Assembly (NCBI GenBank): GCA_963810095.1
Contig: CAWEMM010000005.1
Coordinates: 1 to 62,381, forward strand
Source of the DNA: an uncultured Chloroflexia bacterium
GTDB lineage: Bacteria; Chloroflexota; Anaerolineae; CG2-30-64-16
Direction: 5' to 3'
Length of the DNA: 62,381 nucleotides
Position 1 is the stretch's first letter. Every line of letters starts with the position of its first letter. Under the pieces are notes generated by a model, which ran no database searches, was not told where the DNA came from, and saw only the letters and a list, made by a program, of their open reading frames with translations. The position numbers and the translations under genes were made by a program. Positions 1 to 10,657 of the stretch are shown here, piece by piece.

Positions 1-142
1 GCCGGTCGATCCGTGCGGTATCGGCGTTCACTTGCGCCGTGGAGCGCTTCTCTTCTAATACCATCGTTGCCATGGTGTATTCTCCTTCTTGGGTGTATGG
101 GAATGCATGTTAGGTCCGCTTCACCCTTACGGGCAGCGGCAT

Positions 143-418
143 TCACTGCGGCGGCGCTTCTAGCCGCACCAGTTCAAGCAGAGGAAAGCCCAGGTCATAC
201 AGGGTGTTCAGCACACCGGAGAGGGCGGCTTGATCGACGAAATGGCCGGTGAGGACGCTCACGAATGCACCATCCGGCAGGTCAAGCACCTGGACGTTGA
301 CGCCCCGCATGCGATCGGACCAGCTAGTATCAAGGGCTCCCTGAACCCGAATCTGATAGACGCCTGGGGTCGCGATGGTGACGCATTTGGCAGGTGGCAT
401 GAGGTTTGCCCCTTTCAA
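143..418 (-). CDS. Small conserved hypothetical protein associated with MalT-like regulators; paralog of 10369-10626
   Basis: 91-aa ORF with YQIRVQG-x4-W...LTGxxxDQAALSGVLNTLYDLG; the same motif is in the 10369-10626 ORF; divergent from the MalT-like gene. Confidence 0.75.
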   Translation of the reverse strand: MKGANLMPPAKCVTIATPGVYQIRVQGALDTSWSDRMRGVNVQVLDLPDGAFVSVLTGHFVDQAALSGVLNTLYDLGFPLLELVRLEAPPQ

Positions 419-488
419 TTGGGCTCCGAACCGTGCAACCAGATGTCACTTTCACAGTCTGCCTGTACTGGGTCGCTGCCTATCTGAC

Positions 489-546
489 ACTATACGTCGT
501 CGCACGCTGCAGAGGCAGACCCCAAGTGAGGTAAAAAACGGTGTAG
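489..546 (-). promoter_or_regulatory. Putative activator-dependent promoter: CTACACC box plus TATAGT -10
   Basis: Minus strand CTACACC (546-540) lies 52 nt upstream of TATAGT (494-489); same geometry at 10658-10715 and 12526-12582. Confidence 0.5.
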
Positions 547-683
547 TTTGTCAGGACTGGACCGACGGATCACGTGCCCTTGCCTAGTCTTGAGCTATCC
601 TGTAAAATGCACACAAGTCCAGGAGCGGGTCCTCAGGCCTCTCCCTCTTCTCCTGCCAAGTCCTGCTTCAGACGGAGATACGA

Positions 684-3419
684 GTGAGCCCAGCAGTCGC
701 GAAGGCGGCATCTTCTTCACCCATACGCACCAAATTCTACCGGCCGCCTCTCCCGAGCGACCTGGTCGAGCGTCCGCACCTGATCGACCAGCTCAGCCAA
801 GGCTTGGATCGCCCCTTGACGGTGGTTTCCGCTCCGGCCGGCTATGGCAAATCCATCCTGGTGAGCGCCTGGTTGGACGCTTGCGAGCAGCCCGGCGCCT
901 GGCTGTCGCTGGATGAGACCATGGACGACCTTGGGGTCTTCCTCACCTATTTTGTGGCTGCGATTCAAGGGGTCCTGCCGGATGCACTCCAAGAGACGCA
1001 AACGCTGCTGACTGCCATCAACCTGCCCCCGATCAGCGTGCTCACGTCTAGCCTGATCAACGAGTTGGACGAAGTCGAACGCGACTTTATCTTGGTGCTG
1101 GACGACTATCATTCGATCCACAACCAGGCAATCCACGAACTAATCGCGGCTCTGCTGCAGCCGCCAGCCAAGCATATGACCCTCGTGCTCATCACGCGCA
1201 CGGACCCGCCGCTTTCCCAGAGCCGGCTTCTGGCGCGCAACCAGATGGCCGAAGTGCGCGTATCTGATCTGCGCTTCTCGACGGACGAGACCGCCGCCTT
1301 CATGCAGAAGGCGCTTGGCTCGCGCCTTCCCGACGAAGCGCTTCGTGTATTGGCGCAAAAAACGGAAGGCTGGATCACGAGTCTGCGCCTGGCGGCGTTG
1401 ACACTGCGTAACAAGCCCGAGGGTGACAGCAGGCTTGCCGAGTTGCACGCCTTGGAACGCAACCGCAATCTGACGGATTACCTGATGAGCGAGGTGCTTG
1501 CGCAGGCTCCGGCTAATGTCGCCGATTTTCTGCTGAAGACTGCCGTCCTCGAGCGGATGTGCGGCCCGTTGTGCGAGGCGTTGCTCGGGGGCGAGGATTC
1601 CGAGTTGAGTAGCCAGTCTCGCCTGGAGTGGCTCGAGCAGAACAACCTGTTGATCATCCCCCTGGACAGCGAAGGGCGCTGGTATCGTTATCACCACCTC
1701 CTGCGCAGTTTCCTGTTGAGCAGGTTGGAGCGCCGGCACACTGCAGCCGAGGTCGAACTGCTGCACACCCGGGCCAGTGCCTGGTTTGCCCGCGAGGGCA
1801 TGCTGGAGGAGGCGTTGCGGCACGCGCTGCTGGGGCATGATGTGCCGGCAGCCGTGACCCTGATGGCGGCGCACCGTCATGCGCTGATGGACGCCGAAGA
1901 GTGGCAACTTCACGAACGCACTTTCCGCATGTTTCCGGCGGAGACGGTCGCGGAGTGGCCGGACCTGCTCCTGATGGCCGCCTGGCGGGCCCGGTTGGGA
2001 GGGTTTGACGCGACGCGCGTCTTGGGGCTGGTGGACCGGGCTGAAGGCCTTGCCGCGCAACTGCAGGACCAGTCGGACCATGCCCTACATTTGCAAGGCG
2101 AGATCGACACCTTTCGCGCCATTGTCGCCTACGAGGCGGCAGGTGATCCCCAAGACGTCATCGCCCTCGCCCGCCGCGCGCTGGCAACCACCCCGCGAGC
2201 ATGGTATTACGTGCGCTCGTCCGCCTGGCTCTACATGGCAGTCGCGTACCAGATGGCGGGGCGACTCGCCATGGCCGACGCTACAGTATCCGAGGGTGTG
2301 CCAGAAGACGTGGCACAGCACGGGGACGTGCGGGCACGTGTGGCGGCCTCACGTTGCTTCATAGCGTGGATGGCAGGCGACTTGGTGGCCATGGCGGGCG
2401 CAGCGACCCACGTGCTTGCTGTGGGCCAGAAACACCACCGGCAGGAATCGGTTTCCTGGGGACACTATTTGCTCGGAAGCATGGCCTATCAACAGAATGA
2501 TCTGGTGGCTGCCGAGGCACACGTTCGGGTCGCAGAAGAGATGCGCTACCTGGGCAGACCCATGGCCTATCTGCAGAGTGCTTTCATTTACGCGTCGATC
2601 TACCAGGCGCGCGGCCTGCCGCACCTGGCGCAGCAGAAGCTCGATTTCGCGTTCGGTTTCCTGAATGAAACGGGCAGCGATGGGCTTGTTCCTCTGGCGG
2701 AAGCGTTCCGGGCGGAACTGGCTGTGCTGCGCAGCGATCCGGCCGCCGCGAGCGAGTGGGCCACGCGGAGCGGACCCTTTGTGCCAGTCACAGCGCTCTC
2801 GTACTTCTACGCGCCGCAACTGACGCTGCCGAAGTTCCTCCTGGCACAGGATACGCCCGCGAGCCGTGAGCAGGCCGCAGAGGTGCTATCGCGGCTACAC
2901 ACGCTGGTGACCTCGATTCACAATACGCGCTTCACCATTGAGGTGCTGGGGCTGCAAGCCTTGCTCTTCCATGCTTCGGGGAATCTCCCGGACGCGCTCG
3001 CCGCTCTGGAACAGGCGGTGAAGATGGCGCAACCTGGGGGTTTCGTACGGGTCTTCGTCGACCTGGGACCCTCGCTGGCGAGTCTGCTGCGGCGGCTGAC
3101 GCCTCCTGCCGGTGCTTCTCACTACGTCGATCAAATCTTGCGCGCCTTCCCGCCGGAGCGTTTGACCCCACCACCTCCTCCGACGCTCCCTACCCCCGAA
3201 CAAGCAGCCATGGTCGAGCCGTTAAGCAGGCGCGAGCTGCAAATTCTGGACCTACTGGTGCAGCGCATGACTTCCAAGGAAATCGCGAGTAAGCTGATTC
3301 TGTCCGAGGAAACCGTGCGGCGTCATCGCGTCAACATCTACCAGAAGTTAGGCGTGCACAGCTACAGGCAGGCCATCGCCGCGGCCGCCGCGCTCGGCAT
3401 CCTCTCAGAGCGGCGATAA
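684..3419 (+). CDS. MalT-like (LAL/STAND) ATP-dependent LuxR-family transcriptional regulator
   Basis: TKFYRPP, Walker A APAGYGKS, LVLDDYH, TEGW, WYRYHHL, TPR-like middle, C-terminal LuxR HTH (EPLSRRELQIL...IYQKLGV). Confidence 0.93.
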   Translation: MSPAVAKAASSSPIRTKFYRPPLPSDLVERPHLIDQLSQGLDRPLTVVSAPAGYGKSILVSAWLDACEQPGAWLSLDETMDDLGVFLTYFVAAIQGVLPDALQETQTLLTAINLPPISVLTSSLINELDEVERDFILVLDDYHSIHNQAIHELIAALLQPPAKHMTLVLITRTDPPLSQSRLLARNQMAEVRVSDLRFSTDETAAFMQKALGSRLPDEALRVLAQKTEGWITSLRLAALTLRNKPEGDSRLAELHALERNRNLTDYLMSEVLAQAPANVADFLLKTAVLERMCGPLCEALLGGEDSELSSQSRLEWLEQNNLLIIPLDSEGRWYRYHHLLRSFLLSRLERRHTAAEVELLHTRASAWFAREGMLEEALRHALLGHDVPAAVTLMAAHRHALMDAEEWQLHERTFRMFPAETVAEWPDLLLMAAWRARLGGFDATRVLGLVDRAEGLAAQLQDQSDHALHLQGEIDTFRAIVAYEAAGDPQDVIALARRALATTPRAWYYVRSSAWLYMAVAYQMAGRLAMADATVSEGVPEDVAQHGDVRARVAASRCFIAWMAGDLVAMAGAATHVLAVGQKHHRQESVSWGHYLLGSMAYQQNDLVAAEAHVRVAEEMRYLGRPMAYLQSAFIYASIYQARGLPHLAQQKLDFAFGFLNETGSDGLVPLAEAFRAELAVLRSDPAAASEWATRSGPFVPVTALSYFYAPQLTLPKFLLAQDTPASREQAAEVLSRLHTLVTSIHNTRFTIEVLGLQALLFHASGNLPDALAALEQAVKMAQPGGFVRVFVDLGPSLASLLRRLTPPAGASHYVDQILRAFPPERLTPPPPPTLPTPEQAAMVEPLSRRELQILDLLVQRMTSKEIASKLILSEETVRRHRVNIYQKLGVHSYRQAIAAAAALGILSERR

Positions 3420-3432
3420 GGCTGAGCGCTCT

Positions 3433-5125
3433 TTAGCTAGCTTCAGCAAGATGTGAACGTGACAGCATGCCTCCGGCAATATTCCGGGCTTTGAACCCGT
3501 TCTGCAGCAGGATGCGCGTCGCGGTAATAGGCGCGCTGGCCCGAACGGCAGAAGACGAGGATCTCGCGGTCGGACGGCAGCTCGCCGAGACGAGCGCGCA
3601 GTTGTGCCAGCGGGATGTTGAACGCGCCCGTCACAGACTCTACCTCGAGTTCCGAGGGACTGCGCACGTCGAGGAGGAATGCGCCGTCCAGTGAGGTCCA
3701 GTGGCTGAGCGGCATGTCGCCGCGCAGCACGTCGGCCGCCACCATGCCGGCAAAGTTAACAGGATCCTTCGCGCTGCCGAAGGGCGGCGCATAGCAGAGC
3801 TCGGATTCCTCCAGGTCGTAAATCGTAAAGCCAGCCTGGATCGCCATCGCAAAGGAGTCGATTCGCTTCGGCACGCCATCCTCGCCGAGGACCTGGACGC
3901 CGAGGAGCTTGCCATCGGACTTTCGGAAGATGACCTTCATCGCGATGTACTTGGCACCCGGATAGTAGCCCGCGTGCGAATTCGGGTAGAGATAGATCTT
4001 CTCGTAATCCGTATCGCCGAGCTGATTCAGCAGCTTCTCGCTTGCGCCGGTCGAGGCAATTGCGGCCTCGAAGATCTGGCAGATGGAAGTGCCCTGGGTG
4101 CCGCGGAAGTGCGAGTCGCGCCCGGCAATCACCTCGGCTGCGATGCGGCCCTGCCGGTTCGCCGGTCCCGCAAGTGCGATCAGGGACCATTGGCCGGTGA
4201 CGAAGTCTTTGACCTCGACAGCATCGCCGACCGCAAAGATATCGGGGACATTCGTGCGCATCTGGTCGTCGACGCGTATGCCGCCGCGCTGCCCAAGCTC
4301 GATGCCGGCCATCTTGGCCAGTGCCGTCTCCGGACGCACGCCAATCGCCAGGATGACGAGGTCCGCGGGCAGACACTGGCCGGAACTGGTCAGAACTTCC
4401 AGGGATCCATCCGGGGCCTGCGCGAATGAAGCCACCCCGTCGTTGAGTTGGAGGCGGACGCCGTGCTTGGCCATGTAGCGTTCGACCAGGCGCGCCATTT
4501 CCGGGTCGAGCGGGGGCATCACCTGGTTAAGCCGCTCGACCAAGGTCACTTCGACCCCGCGATGGACCAGGTTTTCCACCATTTCGAGCCCGATAAAGCC
4601 GCCGCCGACCACCACCGCACGCTGTGGACGCGTCGACGGTCTGGTAGCCCGTGTAGGAGTTCATGCCGGATCGCTCTGCCAGGTCCCGGTCCAGCCACTG
4701 CGAATCGTTCGGGCATCTGGCACGGTTCGCACTGAGAAAATCCCCGGCAGGTCGATGCCGGGCAGTGGCGGGCGGATCGGCGCGGCGCCGGGCGACAGGA
4801 CGAGCTTGTCGTACTTCTCGGTCGTCACCTCCCCAGTCACGTGGTTCTTGAGGTCCACGGTCTTGTGTTCGGGCGAGATGCCTACCACCTCGCAGCGCGT
4901 CCGCACGTCGATGGCAAACTGCTCCCGGAACGTCTGCTCCGTCGCCACCAGGAGGCTCGCCTCCTCTGCAATCACTCCCCCGACATGGTAGGGCAGCCCG
5001 CAGTTCGCGTAGGATACGTACGGCCCCCTTTCCACCATCAGGATTTCGGCTGTTTCATCCAACCGGCGCAGCCGCGCAGCGCAGGATGCGCCTCCGGCAA
5101 CGCCGCCAACAATGATGACCTTCAT
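3433..5125 (-). CDS. CoA-disulfide reductase with C-terminal rhodanese domain (CoADR-RHD/Npsr-like), copy 1, frameshifted
   Basis: GGVAGGAS, SYANCGLPY, GGGFIGLE, ELCYAPPF, FCRSGQR; split over ORFs 4661-5125 and 3443-4615, with a further shift near 3525; repaired frame stops at TAA 3433-3435. Confidence 0.88.
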
Positions 5126-5186
5126 GTTGAGTCATGCCCTTTCTTTGAGCCACAGCTTCTTGAGACTGCGCGTGCTTGGCGCTGGC

Positions 5187-6235
5187 TCAGACCGCGCTGA
5201 ACTGGATGATTGTCTTGACGTCGTCGGGCTGTCGCACGAGCGCCTGCTGGAAATCCTCCGCCCGCTCGCAGCGCGTGATCACCCGGCTCAGCCAACCCTG
5301 GTCCGACTGGCAGCCAGGTTCTGGCCCGCTCTGTACCAGTGGCGCTTGTTCGCGTTTACGCTGCCGACAATCAAGTTGTTCTTCAACACGGCCGACGCCG
5401 CGACGTCAGCGACGGTCAGACCCTTGGCGCCGCCCGCGCCGACCCCGGTGAGGCAGATGATGCCGCCTGCGTTCACCTTCTGGATCGAATCGACGATCAC
5501 CGAGCCCACGCCCGTGCACTCGATAATGATGTCCGGCGCGAAATCGAGATCCATGACGCTGCCAGTGTGGTACGTCGCGCCCAGGTCAGCCACGAGTTCT
5601 GGCTTCAAGCCCGTCTCGGCTCGATCGAGCACGTGCAGCTGCAGACTCCGCACGCTCAGGCGCAGGGCGGCCAGCAACCCGATCGGCCCCGCGCCCGTCA
5701 CCAGCGCGGTCTTGGGTTCCCAGTAGGCGCGCTGGCCCGCCAGGAAGACCTGTTCGATAGCCTTCGTAATCACGGTCATCGGCTCGAGCAGCACGCCCAG
5801 GATGCCCAGTGATGGGTCGACCTTGATGAGGTACTCGGACTCGCTGCGCCAGCGCTCGGACATGAAGCCGTGGATCTCCTTGATTCCGCGCTCCGTATAC
5901 TGGCCGTTGGTACACATGTCCCACTCGCCCACCGCGCAGTTGGGACAGGGCACCGGATCGGGCCGCCGCACGATCCCGACCACAAGGTCGCCCTTCTTGA
6001 ACACCCGGCTGTCGCCCGGATCGATGACGCGACCCAGGGATTCATGTCCCAGCACCAGGCGCGTCTCGCCCGGCGGCGCCCAGCCGTACTTGCCCGCGAC
6101 GATCTCCGTGTCGGTCCCACAGACGCCGACGGCAATCGCTTCGACCAGGACCGATCCTTCGCGGGGATCGGGCTCCGGCATGTCTTCGTAGCGCGCGGAA
6201 CCGGCGGTTTTGGGTTCTACCGTAATCGCTTTCAC
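5187..6235 (-). CDS. Zn-dependent glucose 1-dehydrogenase-like MDR oxidoreductase (frameshift near 3' end)
   Basis: VGVCGTD, LGHESLG, CPNC...WDMC, ERGIK, GAGPIG, GSVNAN; shifted tail ends DDVKTIIQFSAV* at 5187. Confidence 0.85.
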
Positions 6236-6298
6236 CTTCTGTCCTCCTAACGAAACAGCGCTTCTTGCGAAGCGCTGCGAACCAGAGTCAAAGCTGCA

Positions 6299-7186
6299 TC
6301 ACCCGATTACTTTAGGCGCGGGCGGGGAAACAGCCGCTGCCGCCTCAACGCGCCTGCCCATCGCCTTCGCAACAGACAGCAATATCAGCGGCAGGAGAAT
6401 CGACGCTGCCAGCACAAACGGGACTGCAGTCGTGCCGGCGAAATTCGCCAGGGTCACGACGATGGCAGCCGACACGTTACGCTGCGCCGTGCCCAGCGCC
6501 AGCACGTTGCGGACACCGGGATCACGGCCGCCCAACAGCAAGCCAATCGCCAGGCTGCCCCCGATGAAGAGCAGAAGCGCCAGGAACCCGCCGCTGCCGA
6601 TCAGGCCGATCACGTTGGAAACATTGAGCCCCAGCCCGACCACCAGCAGGACCATAATGCCCAGGCTGCCAATCTTGTTCATCACCGGCATCCAGTGTTG
6701 GGCTGTGTCGGGCGCGTTGGCGCGGACCAGCAGGCCCAGGATCAACGGGACCAGCATCAGCACGATCAGGGACTTAGCAATAGCCCCCGCATCCACCTCG
6801 ACGCCCGTCAGCAGCAGCGGCAGCACCAGGGGCAGCAAGAAGATGGTGACCACCATCAGCAGGGTCATCACGCCGACGGCCAGGCCCAGGTTGCCCTTCG
6901 CGCCTCGGGCCTCCAGGATGAGGAACGGCGCGCCCGTGGAGAGGGCCAGGACCATCAAGCCGATCTTGAGCGACTGTTCGAGCGGGATGATCAGCGAGAT
7001 CACAAGTGCAAGCAGGGGCACCAGCACGAAGTTCGCCAGCAGCGCCAGCACGACCAGGCGCACGTTTTTCAGCGGCGTCACGATTTGGGGAACGGTCAGG
7101 CCCAGGCCCATTCCGAACATGCTGCCTGTGATGCCCAGCAGCCCCGCCACCTGGGCCACGACAGTGAGTAGCTCATTCAGGGTCAT
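6299..7186 (-). CDS. Bile acid:sodium symporter (BASS) family transporter
   Basis: Hydrophobic 295 aa; MFGMGLGL, ANFVLVP, GTAQRNVSAA motifs. Confidence 0.85.
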   Translation of the reverse strand: MTLNELLTVVAQVAGLLGITGSMFGMGLGLTVPQIVTPLKNVRLVVLALLANFVLVPLLALVISLIIPLEQSLKIGLMVLALSTGAPFLILEARGAKGNLGLAVGVMTLLMVVTIFLLPLVLPLLLTGVEVDAGAIAKSLIVLMLVPLILGLLVRANAPDTAQHWMPVMNKIGSLGIMVLLVVGLGLNVSNVIGLIGSGGFLALLLFIGGSLAIGLLLGGRDPGVRNVLALGTAQRNVSAAIVVTLANFAGTTAVPFVLAASILLPLILLSVAKAMGRRVEAAAAVSPPAPKVIG

Positions 7187-7297
7187 GACTTATTCTCCTC
7201 CGCCTCGAGCGCGGCTCGGGGACTGGTTGCTACTTTGACAAAGCCGTGCAAGCCCGAACGGGTGCTTGCACGGCCCGATGCAGGGGCCACGGTCCGG

Positions 7298-7864
7298 TCA
7301 GACGTCCAGGGTGCTGCGGAGCTTGTCCAGCTCTTCTCCCGTGGGGACCCACACGTTCTTCGGGTCAAGGTCGTAGGTCCAGGGAGCGGAATTCTTCCAG
7401 CCGTTCTTCATCCGTTTGCCGTAGAAGACGCTTTCCGGATCGTCGACCGTGTCGCCCTCGAAGCCGTCGATGATGTTGTGAATGTTGGTGAAGCCCGCTT
7501 TGGCAAGCATGTTGATCGCGGCAGCACTGCGCCCCCCCGATCGACACATGGCCACGATCGTGTCGTCGAGCTTGAACACCTCTTTGACGTGGTCGATGAA
7601 ATCGGGGTTGATCTCAAAGCCATACTTACGCTTGTCGGCGTGCCACTGGTACTTCGGGAAGGCCACGGGGATATTGACCGCCCCTTCGGCGTGGCCGAGA
7701 AAGACGTACTCCTCGACCATGCGCACGTCGAGGACTTTGACCCGCTCGGGGTCGAGCTTCCACATCTCATACGCCTCGCGCGTGGTCACGTAGAGCCCCA
7801 GGGAAGTCTGCTTTCCTTGCGGCACCGTGATCCCCGCGTGGACGATTGCTGCGTTATCGGCCAT
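7298..7864 (-). CDS. Single-domain rhodanese-like sulfurtransferase
   Basis: LDVR..EEY..GH..GAVNIP, active loop MCRSGGRS, DGFEG, NGWKN..PW. Confidence 0.88.
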   Translation of the reverse strand: MADNAAIVHAGITVPQGKQTSLGLYVTTREAYEMWKLDPERVKVLDVRMVEEYVFLGHAEGAVNIPVAFPKYQWHADKRKYGFEINPDFIDHVKEVFKLDDTIVAMCRSGGRSAAAINMLAKAGFTNIHNIIDGFEGDTVDDPESVFYGKRMKNGWKNSAPWTYDLDPKNVWVPTGEELDKLRSTLDV

Positions 7865-7972
7865 GGAATTATCTCCTCTCCTAAGCGTCGATCTCAGCCA
7901 GGATATCGTAGTTCTAGGTCAAGTTATCCCCAAGTCTCTTATCTCACGTCAGCCGTTGGAGGCGTACGGCTC

Positions 7973-8761
7973 TCAGAGCCAGGTCACATGGACCGGCTTC
8001 CGCACTGGAATCCGTTGGTACTTCTCGGCTGGGTATCCGATCACGCACGTCGCATGTGGAACATATCCTTCCGGCAGCCCGAGCAGCTCTATCAGAGGCG
8101 GGTAGCCCTGGCTGGCGGTGTTGATGCTGCCGGTAAAAGTGGTGCCCAGACCGAGTGCGGGCGCAGCCAGCTGGATTTGGTGAATGGCGATCATGGCCGC
8201 CGGTGGGGCGGTGCGCTCATCTTTGGGGGCGCAGGCCATGATGATGCACGGCGCGCTCCTGGAAATGCGATCCTGGCCCAACGCCCAGGGCTCGACAAAC
8301 AACTCCAGTTTGGCTTCCGCATACAAGGCCGGATTCTTTTGCTCAACGATCTTCATCCAGTCGATCGTCATCTCGGCCATGCGGTGGACCATTGCCGGAT
8401 CGTTGATCACCACCCAGTGGATCACCTGGCGGTTCGCGCCGTTCGGGGCATAGCGGGCCACATCCATTAACTGCAATAGCTTTTCTCTTTCGATGGGCTT
8501 CCGGATATAGCCACGAATTGAGCGCCGCGAGATCAAGTACTGCCTGACTCGATCCCACCGGGGAATCAGTTGAACATCGATCTCCTCGCAATCCTCAGGC
8601 CCCATCGAGCGCTGGCACATCGCCCCGGTCGGACAGATCGCCACGCAATGCCCGCAGTCGATGCACAGGTCCCACCCGTCTTCAATGGGAACGGGGAATT
8701 GGTCCCCCATCGTAATCAGTCCACCGGGACAGGCCCGGATGCAGCTGCGGCAGTATTCCAG
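7973..8761 (-). CDS. Nitroreductase with N-terminal 4Fe-4S ferredoxin domain (start uncertain, possibly 5'-truncated)
   Basis: CRSCIRACP and CIDCGHCVAICP, RRSIRGY, APNGANRQ, ALGLGT, IGYP; no clear start codon or RBS. Confidence 0.8.
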   Translation of the reverse strand: MEYCRSCIRACPGGLITMGDQFPVPIEDGWDLCIDCGHCVAICPTGAMCQRSMGPEDCEEIDVQLIPRWDRVRQYLISRRSIRGYIRKPIEREKLLQLMDVARYAPNGANRQVIHWVVINDPAMVHRMAEMTIDWMKIVEQKNPALYAEAKLELFVEPWALGQDRISRSAPCIIMACAPKDERTAPPAAMIAIHQIQLAAPALGLGTTFTGSINTASQGYPPLIELLGLPEGYVPHATCVIGYPAEKYQRIPVRKPVHVTWL

Positions 8762-8763
8762 TT

Positions 8764-8799
8764 GGGCGCCAAACGCCAGGGAGATTTCGTTTGGCGCCC
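8764..8799. terminator. 12-bp-stem hairpin downstream of the dszB-like gene
   Basis: GGGCGCCAAACG-12 nt-CGTTTGGCGCCC; no strong U-tract. Confidence 0.45.
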
Positions 8800-8822
8800 G
8801 TCTGCAACTTAGCTTCAGCGGA

Positions 8823-9998
8823 CTACCCGAGCCGCGCCTCCATGGCGGCGTCGAGCGTCGTCGCTTCGGGCAGCCTGGCCCGGCTGCGCTTCTTCCACTC
8901 TTCTTCGAGCAACTCGGCGGCGGCCTTCTCGAGGAACTCCGGCGCAGCCCACTCGAAGACGTCGAAATCATTCTCGATGTAGCCGTTCTTGAGCATGAAG
9001 TCCTTGTTAATCTGCAGGGCTTCCAGGTTGTAGGGCGACAGGCTCGGCACCAGGTCGACGTCCTTGATGCCACGGTAGGTGTCCTCCACGTCCAGGTAGT
9101 AAGTCTGCTTGTCGAGGATGGCGGCCGCGGCGTGCTTGTGCTCGTTGGCCCAGCGCCCCACCTTGATGAGGCCCTTGAGCAGCGTGACGACCAGCTCGGG
9201 GTGCTCTTCGCAGGCCACGGCGCTGACCGTGCAGGTGGCCGGTACGTTAGCGCCCTGCAGGGTCCAGTCTGGGTAGTTGGCCAGGTTCTCGATGGCCTTG
9301 ATCTTGCCCGTCTGCTCCTGGATATGCTGGAAGACGGTGGACTGGCTGTAGATCGCATCCACCTTGCCCGACGTCAGCGCCGTCTCGAGCGGGCGGAACG
9401 CCAGGTCGTGCTTGTGGTCGCGCTTGAGCCACAGCTCCGACGGGTTCTCCATCGGGGCGAGCATCTTGGGGTTGTCGTACCAGTCGTCCGGGTACGGGAA
9501 CTCGCAGATCTCGACGTCGTTCATCGTCATATTGTTGAGCCGCAGCATCAGCTCGATGCCCTGGTGCTCCTGGACGCGCCACCAGTCGTTCTTGATGACG
9601 TTAAGGCTCTTCGACAAGCCGATCTTCTTGCCCTTCAGGTCCTTCATCTGGTAGATGTCGTCCCGCGAGCGCACCAGCATGACGCCGCCTTCGTAGACGT
9701 GCGTCGTCCCGATCAGGCGGGTTCGCCGGACATCGGCCTGGACGTGGATCGCCGGGAAGCAGCCGCCGTAGCGCATCAGGTTGTCGAGATTGTGGACGTA
9801 GTGCGGATACCAGTCATTCTCGGTGGTGGAGCGCAGGAACTTGTATGCGATGTTGATCTTCTTGAACTCTTCCTTCACCCAGCCGATTTCCTGGTCCACG
9901 TTGCTTGGGGAGACGAGGGGGCAGTTGGTGTAGTAAAACTCGTTCCAGTCGACATCCACGGATCGCATTGTCTTGCCCTTGATGACCATAGTGCCCAT
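8823..9998 (-). CDS. DszB-like desulfinase / SsuA-fold protein
   Basis: YTNCP, PH-x9-RYGG, RTRLIGTT and DLKGKKIGLS mirror DszB motifs; no signal peptide; strong RBS AAGGAGG. Confidence 0.75.
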   Translation of the reverse strand: MGTMVIKGKTMRSVDVDWNEFYYTNCPLVSPSNVDQEIGWVKEEFKKINIAYKFLRSTTENDWYPHYVHNLDNLMRYGGCFPAIHVQADVRRTRLIGTTHVYEGGVMLVRSRDDIYQMKDLKGKKIGLSKSLNVIKNDWWRVQEHQGIELMLRLNNMTMNDVEICEFPYPDDWYDNPKMLAPMENPSELWLKRDHKHDLAFRPLETALTSGKVDAIYSQSTVFQHIQEQTGKIKAIENLANYPDWTLQGANVPATCTVSAVACEEHPELVVTLLKGLIKVGRWANEHKHAAAAILDKQTYYLDVEDTYRGIKDVDLVPSLSPYNLEALQINKDFMLKNGYIENDFDVFEWAAPEFLEKAAAELLEEEWKKRSRARLPEATTLDAAMEARLG

Positions 9999-10368
9999 GA
10001 CCGTTTCCTCCTTGATGTGGTTACTTGCCCGGGAAGCGGGGCCGGCCGGTCAGCCGCCCGTCCTTACTCTCCCGGTGATCGGAGCGTGTGTCTGTTCAGC
10101 GTTCCACCGGTTGCGCATCACCGGGCCGGCAGTGATGCGGCCCGACCTCGGCCGGGTCCGGCCGGTTCGGCAAGTGAGAAGCGTGCGGTCCCCTGCCTCC
10201 TTTCTCAGGCCGTGCGGGCGTGACCAACTGCTGCATTTACTCCGCGTCTGGCTGGGCGCCGTTGGCGTCGTGGCGCTCAGTTCCTTCTCTGCGTACTTCT
10301 GATTCGCGTGGGCAAGCCCGGCGTGATGCAGTGGCGCAAGCCGTTGGCGCTCGCGGCCGGCGAACCCA

Positions 10369-10626
10369 CTAGCTGAGGCGCTCCACCGAAACCACGGTCA
10401 GGTGCAGTTCGTACAGCGTGTTCAGCACGCCGGCCAGCGAGGTCTGGTCGGGCAGTTCGCCTTGCAGCCTCGTCTGATGCGAGCCGGTTTCGGATGTCCA
10501 CACGGTGGCGGCCATCCCCTCCAGCCGATCGCACCACTTCGTTGGGATGCGGCCCTCCACTGCGATCCGGTACAGGGCGGGCCAATCGAAAGCAGTACGG
10601 GTCGCAGCAGGTACATCTTGCATCAC
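10369..10626 (-). CDS. Small conserved hypothetical protein; paralog of 143-418
   Basis: YRIAVEG-x4-W...LQGELPDQTSLAGVLNTLYELHL. Confidence 0.75.
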   Translation of the reverse strand: MMQDVPAATRTAFDWPALYRIAVEGRIPTKWCDRLEGMAATVWTSETGSHQTRLQGELPDQTSLAGVLNTLYELHLTVVSVERLS

Positions 10627-10657
10627 GGCAGCCTAACCCTTCTATGCGTTGTTTGGT

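Noticed and set aside
7973-9358. 461-aa nitroreductase fusion ORF
   Set aside because: Its N-terminal part is an off-frame reading of the dszB-like gene
10000-10368. Riboswitch in the long leader upstream of the dszB-like gene
   Set aside because: GC-rich with possible stems, but no SAM, TPP or cobalamin consensus that I can recognise
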